A DNA stretch of 64,000 nt from Oscillospiraceae bacterium (lineage in GTDB: Bacteria > Bacillota > Clostridia > Oscillospirales > Ruminococcaceae), in NCBI GenBank assembly GCA_017536625.1, contig JAFXGY010000005.1, positions 45,035-109,034 of the forward strand, read 5' to 3'. Made by a program: the position numbers and the translations under genes. How positions within the stretch are numbered: the stretch's first letter is position 1; every line of letters starts with the position of its first letter. This document shows, in pieces, positions 45,723 through 53,191 of the stretch. The notes under the pieces were generated by a model, which worked only from the letters and a program-made list of their open reading frames with translations, ran no database searches and was not told where the DNA came from.

Positions 45723-46035
45723 CTAAAGAAAGGAATTTTCGGGGAAAATTGACGTTCAAAACGGAGGTTTTGAGGGTGAATTTTAACCGAAAAACCGACA
45801 AAACGGAAAGGACAGTTTCACCGCATGGAAAAGCGGTTTAAGCGCCGGTCAGAGGTATTAATGTTCTGATTTTTTTGAAGATGGTTCCGCCAACCGGAAA
45901 AGGTGGGGTTTTCAAGGGGAGGGAACTCCGGTTCCCGAAGGTTCCGGCAGACGTTCCCTCCCCTTGACACAGCGAAGCTTCCACCAAAAGAAGGAAGAAG
46001 GATTTTTTTTATATTCCAGGCCGGACGGGGTTACA

Positions 46036-46084
46036 ATCCCTCCGTCACGTCTGCGACGTGCCACCTCCCTTTGCACAAGGGAGG
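46036..46084 (+). repeat. two-hairpin repeat, copy e
   Basis: ATCCCTCCG-TCACGTC-TGC-GACGTG-CCAC-CTCCCTT-TGCAC-AAGGGAGG. Confidence 0.8.
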
Positions 46085-46120
46085 CTATAAGGAAGGAAAC
46101 AGGGAAGGGAGGTTATTTTT

Positions 46121-46897
46121 GTGCCTTACGTAAAAAGAACCGTAAAAGCCGGGGACGTAATCGAAACATGGAAAGGCCATACGAAAAGAATCCACCCTAA
46201 CGGGGCAAAAAGAGCGAAAAATTTTAAAGATACCGAAAAGGCACAGATGGACGCAAACGAAAAAAGAGCGGAAGCAAACCTCCGCTGGCTTATGAATGCC
46301 AATTTTTCAAAAAATGATATGCACGTTGTTCTGCAATATTGGGAAAAACCGACGAGCATTGAAGAAATGGAAGAAGACGCACGGAAATTTCTTTCGGTGC
46401 TCAGAAAAGAATGCAAAAAATGCGGCATCGTGCTCAAATATGTGCTTGCTTTTGAAACCAAGAGAATGAGCAACCCGCATATTCATATCGTGCTCAACAA
46501 AATGAACATGGAAATCATCACAGAAAGCTGGGCGAAGGTTACGAAACTCGGAAGCGCGAACTTCAAACCGCTTGATGACAGAGGAAATCACGCAGAGCTT
46601 GCAAGCTATTTTATAAAAGAGAGCAAGAAAACTGTTGAGCGATGGAAAAAAGGCCAGAAGCACAAGAAAAGATTCTGGTGCTCGAAGAATCTTGAACATC
46701 CGGAGCCTAAATATGAAATCATACAGTCAAACAGCTGGAAGAAAGAACCGAAAGCAAGGGAAGGATATGCCCTTTATAAAGATAAGAACGGAGTGACCGT
46801 TCACAATGGAGTTTCTGAAATAACCGGGTATGCCTGGCAGGAATATTTTGAAGTCAAAATCCACCCGAACCCTATAAGGAGGGGAAAATCTTGCTGA
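46121..46897 (+). CDS. HUH-superfamily rolling-circle replication initiator-like protein (pC194/Rep_1-like motifs)
   Basis: Motif 2 NPHIHIVLN (HUH), motif 3 ELASYFIKESKK (YxxK) 46 aa later, and a motif-1-like HVVLQYW. GTG start with GGGAGG upstream. Confidence 0.6.
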   Translation: MPYVKRTVKAGDVIETWKGHTKRIHPNGAKRAKNFKDTEKAQMDANEKRAEANLRWLMNANFSKNDMHVVLQYWEKPTSIEEMEEDARKFLSVLRKECKKCGIVLKYVLAFETKRMSNPHIHIVLNKMNMEIITESWAKVTKLGSANFKPLDDRGNHAELASYFIKESKKTVERWKKGQKHKKRFWCSKNLEHPEPKYEIIQSNSWKKEPKAREGYALYKDKNGVTVHNGVSEITGYAWQEYFEVKIHPNPIRRGKSC

Positions 46898-47097
46898 TGC
46901 CCGGAAAGAAAAGATGCTGCTATAAATGCCCGAAACGGACGCAATGGTGCCATGGCAGTTGCCAGGACTATGCGGCGGAAAGGGAAGATAATAAAAACAG
47001 ACTTGAGGAGGAGAGAAAAGAAAGGCTTGATAAAGAAACTTTCCGCACACCGGCTTTTGAACGCAGGGAGCGGGAAGCACTTAACAGGATGAAATGA
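46891..47097 (+). CDS. small Cys-rich, Arg/Glu-rich protein
   Basis: CCYKCPKRTQWCHGSC. It overlaps the Rep stop; the start is TTG 46891 or ATG 46897. Confidence 0.5.
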   Translation: MLMPGKKRCCYKCPKRTQWCHGSCQDYAAEREDNKNRLEEERKERLDKETFRTPAFERREREALNRMK

Positions 47098-47124
47098 CTT
47101 TTATCCTCTTGCTTTTTGGGAAGA

Positions 47125-47178
47125 ATCCCCTCGCCACGCCTTACGGCATGTGGCCTTCTCCCCTTTAGGCAAGGGGCG
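47125..47178 (+). repeat. two-hairpin repeat, copy f
   Basis: It matches copy c at 51/54 positions, with AAGGAG 14 nt downstream. Confidence 0.8.
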
Positions 47179-47205
47179 CAAAAAAAGAAAAAGGAGTGAG
47201 AATTT

Positions 47206-47754
47206 TTGAAAATCACAAAGATTGAAAAGCTTTGCAAGGCGAAGAAAGACATTATTCGGCTTGAAGCGGTCAGCGACGAAGGCAACTGGAGAGGCACATT
47301 CGTCGGAACCGGTGATGGTGTCCTCGCCCTGGATGAGGATTTTCCGGACCTTAGCGCAGAAAATTTTCTTGAGGTATTCGGGGTTGCGGAAAAAGACAGA
47401 AAGAAATGGAGCGCACGTTCCGTTACTTCCGCAAGCAGAATTTATGCTTTTGAATTCCCGGGAGAGCTGCCTTGCTATGAAAGGCCGGTGGTTATTGGAA
47501 CCGGAGCGGGAGATTGGAGCGCGTTCCGGGTTTGCAACGGAAAGAACTTTTTTGTTCCGGAGGAATATATTGAACCTTTCCGGAAGGAACAGAACGTTCT
47601 TTTCTATCTTCGGGAAATCGAGGACAGAAAATACCTTGCGATAAAAACAGGCTGGCTTCTGGAAGGGGTGGTCGCAATTCCGCCGGAAGACAGCGCGGAA
47701 ATTATGGACCTTGCGAGGATCCTGCGAAGCATTGTTCTTGGGGAGGGAAATTGA
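47206..47754 (+). CDS. hypothetical phage protein
   Basis: 182-aa ORF with AAGGAG upstream of a TTG start. Confidence 0.55.
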   Translation: MKITKIEKLCKAKKDIIRLEAVSDEGNWRGTFVGTGDGVLALDEDFPDLSAENFLEVFGVAEKDRKKWSARSVTSASRIYAFEFPGELPCYERPVVIGTGAGDWSAFRVCNGKNFFVPEEYIEPFRKEQNVLFYLREIEDRKYLAIKTGWLLEGVVAIPPEDSAEIMDLARILRSIVLGEGN

Positions 47755-47895
47755 ATGGATTTTGAAATAATTGCGGATAACCTTGAAACCCTGGGGGTTA
47801 ATCTTTTGAACGGAGAAAAGCCGCAAACGGAGGATGACTTTTTTGCCCTCGGATATGCGGCGGGATATTTTCGGGCAAAGGAGGAAGAGCAATAA
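47755..47895 (+). CDS. 46-aa hypothetical protein (below the track cutoff)
   Basis: The ATG immediately follows the upstream stop. Translated by eye: MDFEIIADNLETLGVNLLNGEKPQTEDDFFALGYAAGYFRAKEEEQ. Confidence 0.35.
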   Translation: MDFEIIADNLETLGVNLLNGEKPQTEDDFFALGYAAGYFRAKEEEQ

Positions 47896-47897
47896 CG

Positions 47898-48344
47898 ATG
47901 GATATACTCAAAACGGTAAGCGCGCCGGAACTCCTTATCCGGTACGCGAATAAATTCGGAAAGCATGGAGATTATTTTAAACTGGCGGCGGTTGTTGAAG
48001 AAATGCCGGAAGAAAAACATGGAAGCGCCACGCTTGAGGAACTTGAAAAAGCCTGGCACCGTGCGGAGGTCTTTGAGCGCATGGCTTTTAAGCTGCAGGA
48101 GGAGCGGGAGCTTCTTATCTGGTTTCTTCGTAAGGTCTGCAACGGAACATGGTTCTGCGACTGTGACGGCTGCGCAAACGCAGAACAGTTCGGTGCCTGC
48201 GGTGATATTGATAAATCCTGCCGCGGATGTGAAAGAGAAGGAACCTGCCCCTGCGGAACCTGTGAAAGAGGAAGCAACCTTGTTTTTGACCCGGAGAGGG
48301 CAAAGAAGCTTTGGGAAGAGGACGAAAGGCGGAAGAAAAAATGA
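47898..48344 (+). CDS. Cys-rich hypothetical phage protein
   Basis: 148 aa, including CDCDGC...CGDIDKSCRGCEREGTCPCGTC. Confidence 0.55.
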   Translation: MDILKTVSAPELLIRYANKFGKHGDYFKLAAVVEEMPEEKHGSATLEELEKAWHRAEVFERMAFKLQEERELLIWFLRKVCNGTWFCDCDGCANAEQFGACGDIDKSCRGCEREGTCPCGTCERGSNLVFDPERAKKLWEEDERRKKK

Positions 48345-48431
48345 CCGACTGGCATGAGTTCTTTTGCGGGGTATTGGTTGGAGCATGGTTTACTTTTCTC
48401 ACGATAATTACTTTTTACAGGAGTGACTGAA

Positions 48432-48770
48432 ATGAACGAAAACAAACGTTACGTTATAATTATCCGAAGTGACGGGGAAGTTTTGAAGAAGCTTTGGCTT
48501 CCGGAAATGGGGCTTCTTGAGCTGCAGGAACTTGTGGGCGGATATATTGAAACGGCGCCGACGGATTCCGAAGATTTTGTTCTTATTGTAAACGAGGAAG
48601 GGAAGAACGAAGATCTTCCGAGAAATAAAAAGGCAACGAGGATTTTGCCGAAATTTATCCAGAAAAAAGATTACATAGTCGGCACGGCCGTTCTGATGAA
48701 GCGCGGAAGGGAAGACGTTGAACCCATGACGGCGGCGGAAGCGGCGCTTTGGATTAGTAAAATCGGGTGA
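48432..48770 (+). CDS. DUF3846-like phage protein
   Basis: LQELVGGYIE...IVNEEG pattern. AGGAG lies 9 nt upstream of ATG 48432. Confidence 0.6.
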   Translation: MNENKRYVIIIRSDGEVLKKLWLPEMGLLELQELVGGYIETAPTDSEDFVLIVNEEGKNEDLPRNKKATRILPKFIQKKDYIVGTAVLMKRGREDVEPMTAAEAALWISKIG

Positions 48771-48778
48771 GCGGGTTT

Positions 48779-48809
48779 TAACTTGCCGGTAACTTGCCTA
48801 TAACTTGCC
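48779..48809 (+). repeat. three tandem TAACTTGCC boxes with exact 11-bp period
   Basis: Boxes at 48779-48787, 48790-48798 and 48801-48809, intergenic and directly upstream of the next gene's SD. Confidence 0.85.
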
Positions 48810-48820
48810 GAAAAAAGGAG

Positions 48821-49105
48821 ATGAGCTTTTTGAAATACCACAGCGGAAGCCGGTTCGGGCTTTCGGAAGAAAGGCAAAGCTATATTTACTGGCTTTGCAG
48901 GAATATTGAAAGACTTCCGGTTCGGCAGCAGAAGATTATCAAAAAGCTTATTTTTGAAACAGCTGAAGGGCAGGAAGAAGCGCTTCGGGAAGCGCTTTGC
49001 ACGGGAAGAACTCTTTATTCGGTTGCGACAAAGCATTATATGGATGAAGCGACGCTTCAAAGAAAAGTAAATAAGTTTTATAAAAAAGCGGCGGAGGTTT
49101 TATAG
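48821..49105 (+). CDS. small helical protein, possibly a late-gene transcription regulator (sigma-region-4/ArpU-like, weak call)
   Basis: It sits just upstream of terS. The start is ATG 48821 or the in-frame TTG 48830, which has better SD spacing. Confidence 0.4.
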   Translation: MSFLKYHSGSRFGLSEERQSYIYWLCRNIERLPVRQQKIIKKLIFETAEGQEEALREALCTGRTLYSVATKHYMDEATLQRKVNKFYKKAAEVL

Positions 49106-49121
49106 CTTCCGCCGCTTTTTA
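49087..49121 (+). terminator. intrinsic terminator
   Basis: Stem AGCGGCGGAG...CTTCCGCCGCT plus T5. Confidence 0.7.
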
Positions 49122-49259
49122 AAGTTGCAAGTAAACGACCCCAAATTTATGGTAATTTGATATTGGAAAGTTTTTGGATTTCAAAAATTTTTCACTCTAT
49201 TTTTTTGGATTCGGGCGGTAGTTCTCCAGCGCCGCCCGAAATAGAAAGAAGGTGAGCGG

Positions 49260-49718
49260 GTGGCCGAAGAAAAGGAACTTACGGCAAAAGAAGAGAGATT
49301 CTGCCTTGAATACATCATTGATTACCACGGCACGAAGGCGGCCATCCGTGCCGGATATTCGGAGAAATCCGCAGCGGTTACAGCAAGCAAATTGCTAAAA
49401 AAAGCTAACATCGCCGCGCGGGTGCGCGAAAATCAGAGAATATACAATGAAACAAGATGCTTTGATGAAAAGGACAGGGTTCTTGCGGAAGCCTGGAACA
49501 TTTATGACATAGCGACGGCGGCAAAGCCGGTTATGGAGTGGGATTACAGCGAAAGAAAATATGTTGAAACAGGCGAATATCAAATCGACGGAAGAACGGC
49601 GGCGAAAGCCCTTGAAATCGTTATGAAGCTTGGCGGAATGGGTAACGAAACGCTGAACCACAAATTCGGAGATGGAGGAATCGAAATCAACGTTAATGTG
49701 GCGGGTGATGAAGAATGA
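49260..49718 (+). CDS. terS: terminase small subunit
   Basis: LTAKEERFCLEYIIDYHGTKAAIRAGYSEKSAAVTASKLLK (Terminase_2-like HTH). Confidence 0.85.
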   Translation: MAEEKELTAKEERFCLEYIIDYHGTKAAIRAGYSEKSAAVTASKLLKKANIAARVRENQRIYNETRCFDEKDRVLAEAWNIYDIATAAKPVMEWDYSERKYVETGEYQIDGRTAAKALEIVMKLGGMGNETLNHKFGDGGIEINVNVAGDEE

Positions 49719-51061
49719 AGCTGGATTTCAGCCTTTACCCGAAGCAGCTCGAATTTGTAAAATCCACCGGAAAGGCGGACGAAGTCCTTTATGGAGGAGC
49801 TGCCGGCGGCGGAAAAAGCTTCGGTCAGCTTGTTGATGCTCTTATTTATGCAATGAGATACCCGAAGAGCAAACAGCTTATTTTGCGCCGTACTCTTCCA
49901 GAACTTGAAAAAAGTTTGGTTCGAGTGGCACTTGAAATTTACCCGAGAGAAATATTTCGTCTTAACCAGGTCAAATTTACGGGGGTTTTTGCAAACGGAA
50001 GCGTAATCGATTTCGGTTACTGAGACAGCGAAACGGACGTTTACCGCTACCAGTCGGCGGAATATGACGTTATCCGATTCGATGAGCTGACGCACTTTAC
50101 GGAGCAGATGTATTTATACCTGATGTCAAGGCTTCGAGGAACTTCGGATTTTCCGAGAGCTATGAAAAGTTCAACCAACCCGGGCGGCATCGGCCATGCC
50201 TGGGTGAAAAGGCGATTCATTGATATCGGTGCGCCGAGGAAGATTTACACAACGGAAAACGGAAGAAGGCTTTTTATCCCGGCGACGGTTTTTGAAAACA
50301 AAGCTTTAATGAAAAACGACCCGGATTATATCAAAAGGCTGAAGAACCTTTCGGAAAAAGACCGCAGACAGCTTTTGGACGGCGATTGGGACACCAACGA
50401 CGGACAGTATTTTTCCGAATGGAGAAGGGAGCTTCATGTTTGCGAACCGTTCCCGATTCCTGCATCCTGGCGAAGATTTTTCACCATGGACTACGGCCTT
50501 GATATGCTTGCCGGCTATTGGATTGCGGTGGATCCATTCGATAACGCTTACGTTTACAGGGAGGTTTACCAAAGCGGGCTTATCATCAGCGAAGCGGCGA
50601 GGACGATTCTTGACGCACAGCTTCTTGATTTTCCGGAAATTTATATTGCTCCGCCGGATATGTGGAACAGAAGGCAGGATACAGGCAAAAGCGTTGCGGA
50701 GATTTTCTTTGAGAAGGGAATCATGCTATATAAAGCAAGCAACGACAGGGTTCAGGGTTGGTATAACCTTAAGGAATGGCTGCACCCGCGGCTTGATGAA
50801 TTCGGGGAGGTTAAACCGAAGCTTCGGATTTTTGCGAACTGCACGGAAGTTATAAGGACGCTGCCTTCGCTTGTTTTTGACGAACATAACCCCAACGACG
50901 TGGGCGACAAAATCCACGAATACACCCACGCGGCGGACGCCCTTCGCTATTGGGCGGCCGCAAGACCGATTCACGCACAGCCCCCGGAAGATTTTGACCC
51001 GGACGAGCCGACCTATGACGATGGAATGAACAGCTTCCTTGATTATGGAGTTGCTTATTAA
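49715..51061 (+). pseudogene. terL: terminase large subunit interrupted by one in-frame TGA (50021-50023)
   Basis: Track ORFs 49715-50023 (Walker A GGAAGGGKSF) and 50108-51061 share a frame. The 28 codons between them encode the Walker B region YDVIRFDELTHF. Confidence 0.8.
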
Positions 51062-51085
51062 TACAAAAAGAAAAGGAGGAATTTT

Positions 51086-52021
51086 ATGGACGACATGGAG
51101 CTTGATTTTCAGAGCACAGGGGAAACCGCTTCAAATGATGTTTTTGACGGACTTTTTGAAGGCGAAGACTTTGAAACCGAAGAACCTGAACTTTTTTCTG
51201 AATCCGGAGAAGAGCCGGAAGAACCGCAAGGGGCGAAAAATGATCCTGTTGGCGAATCCGGTGAACCCGGTGCAAAAGAACCCGAAAACGAACCGCAGAA
51301 CGATGGGAGCGGGGCTGAAACTCTTTCTGTTACAGAACATGGAAAGACATTCGATATTCCGAAAGAAGCCGTTGAAGGGCTTGCAAGCGCTCTTGGCATT
51401 ACCGCTGACAAACTGATAGAAATTTACCAGAAGGGAACTTCTTTTGACGCGCAGGAAACTGCGCTTAATGCGGCAAGAAGCGACACGGAGCTTATTGAAA
51501 ACATTGCAAAGCTTCGCGGACTTGAAGCAAAGGACTTCCGCGCGGAGCTTATGGGACAGATAAAAGAGATCCCATTCAAAAAAGCGCTTGAAGAAATCAA
51601 AAACCAGTTCCCCGGCATTGACGAAAATGCGGCAAAAGAGCTTGCAAAAGCGAGAACCGCAGAAAAAGAAGAAAAGCCGGCAGAACCGGCAAAGGAAACA
51701 AACACAGAAGAGAAAGCAGCAAGACTTCGGGAAGCTGAAATGTTTAAAGCGAAACACGCGGCAGAGGGCATTGAAATGCTTCCGAATGAAGTCATTGATA
51801 AATGGGAAAAAACCGGAATTTCGCTTGAGGAAGCATATCAGAGCTTTAAAAACGCGGAAAAAATCAATGCACTTGAAAAGGAGATTGCGGCTTTGAAAAA
51901 AGAAAAGGCAGAAGCAGAGCAGAAAGCTTATGCGAAAGAACATTCCACCGGAAGCGCAAAAACTTCCGCAGGAACGCAGAAGATTGATGAATTTGTTGAA
52001 GGCCTTTTCAAAATTTATTAA
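51086..52021 (+). CDS. scaffolding-like protein (acidic, coiled-coil)
   Basis: Its composition, and its position between terL and the capsid gene. Confidence 0.55.
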   Translation: MDDMELDFQSTGETASNDVFDGLFEGEDFETEEPELFSESGEEPEEPQGAKNDPVGESGEPGAKEPENEPQNDGSGAETLSVTEHGKTFDIPKEAVEGLASALGITADKLIEIYQKGTSFDAQETALNAARSDTELIENIAKLRGLEAKDFRAELMGQIKEIPFKKALEEIKNQFPGIDENAAKELAKARTAEKEEKPAEPAKETNTEEKAARLREAEMFKAKHAAEGIEMLPNEVIDKWEKTGISLEEAYQSFKNAEKINALEKEIAALKKEKAEAEQKAYAKEHSTGSAKTSAGTQKIDEFVEGLFKIY

Positions 52022-52035
52022 GGAGGAATTAAAAC

Positions 52036-53115
52036 ATGGCAGTAAACCTTGCCGAAAAATACGCAAAAGAACTTGCACAGGCATTCAAACAGAAATCCGT
52101 TGTTGACGGCGTTGCATCCAAAGCCTACGATTTTGAAGGCGTTAAAGAACTTAACGTTTATACCGTAGTTTCTCAGAAACTCAACAACTACAAGAGAAAC
52201 GGAACCAACCGCTATGGCGACCCCCAGGAAGCACAGGACACCGTTCAGAAAATGACTATGGAAAGGGACCGTTCCTTCTCCATCACTGTTGACAAGGGCA
52301 ATAACCTTGAACAGATGGGCGCAAAGGAAGCTTCCAAAATCCTTAGTATCGAAATGAGTGAACAGGCTGTTCCCGAAATGGATAAATACGCTCTTGGCAA
52401 ATGGGCGGATTTTGCGGGCAACGTTGTTGCAGCGGCAGCAGAACCCACCAAGACCACCATTGTTCAGATGCTTTCTGACGGCATGGTACACATGAGCAAC
52501 AAGAAAGTTCCCACTGAAGGAAGATATATCTTCATCGGCTGGAGCTACTTTGGTATGCTTCGCCTTTCTACCGAATTTATCGGTGTTGAAGCCCTTGCGA
52601 AAGAAGCCCTTGTCAAAGGCGCAGTCGGTACCTTTATGGGTGCCCAGGTAATTTGCGTTCCGGATGATTACCTTATGAAAGGTGCGAACAAGGCATACTT
52701 CCTTATCGTTTACGGAAATGCTGTTCTTCAGCCGAAAAAGGTACAGGACTATTTTGTAAAACATAACCCGGCCGGTATCAACGGCGCACTTATCGAAGGC
52801 CGCTTTATCTATGACGCATTTGTAATCGGCGCAAAATGCGACGGCGTTTATGCCAGCGTTGCCAAAAGCGCAGCACAGGCGGCACCGACTTTTGCCTTCA
52901 CCAGCCCGAACCTTACCGTTACTGCTTCGGGCGCTTCCAAAATCCGTGTTACCACCGACGGCAGCGACCCCAGATTCAGTGATACCGCGACTGAAACTAC
53001 CAGCGGAGGTTCCATCAAACTTCCCACCGGCAAGACCAAAGCAAAAGCAGTTGCATTCAGCGACACGCTCTTTACTTCCGCAGTTGCGGAAGATGCCGAA
53101 AGAACTGTTTCTTAA
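52036..53115 (+). CDS. major capsid protein with a C-terminal Ig/Fn3-like decoration domain
   Basis: Position after the scaffold gene, strong AGGAGG, a hairpin after the stop, and a beta-sandwich-like C-terminus (KIRVTTDGSDPRFS). Confidence 0.6.
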   Translation: MAVNLAEKYAKELAQAFKQKSVVDGVASKAYDFEGVKELNVYTVVSQKLNNYKRNGTNRYGDPQEAQDTVQKMTMERDRSFSITVDKGNNLEQMGAKEASKILSIEMSEQAVPEMDKYALGKWADFAGNVVAAAAEPTKTTIVQMLSDGMVHMSNKKVPTEGRYIFIGWSYFGMLRLSTEFIGVEALAKEALVKGAVGTFMGAQVICVPDDYLMKGANKAYFLIVYGNAVLQPKKVQDYFVKHNPAGINGALIEGRFIYDAFVIGAKCDGVYASVAKSAAQAAPTFAFTSPNLTVTASGASKIRVTTDGSDPRFSDTATETTSGGSIKLPTGKTKAKAVAFSDTLFTSAVAEDAERTVS

Positions 53116-53191
53116 GGCTATTTCGCAAATTAAGAAGGGAGAACCCGAAGGCTGGGCTCTCCCTTTAGCACTTTTTAAAGGAGGGATATAA

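Noticed and set aside
45617-46200. Track ORFs 45617-45841, 45903-46133 and 45964-46200, which share PSRLRRA(I/T)SL-type peptides.
   Set aside because: The shared peptide is simply the translation of repeat copies d and e. The frames differ outside the repeat, and no SD is present.
46890-46915. A hammerhead-like core (CUGAUG...GAAA) at the junction between Rep and the small ORF.
   Set aside because: The sequence is CUGAUGC, not CUGAUGA, and no flanking helices I-III can be drawn. It is just the overlapping stop and start region.
43633-47178. An integron-like cassette array, with the hairpin repeats acting as attC sites between small ORFs.
   Set aside because: The repeats are two independent short hairpins, not one long imperfect palindrome with R/L boxes (no GTTRRRY core). 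No integron integrase is present.
50021-50023. Stop-codon reassignment (TGA read as a sense codon) in the prophage as the explanation for the in-frame TGA in terL.
   Set aside because: TGA clearly terminates many other prophage ORFs, including hicB (41393-41395), the Lar-like gene, the gene ending at 44095, Rep and terS. No other structural gene contains an internal TGA.
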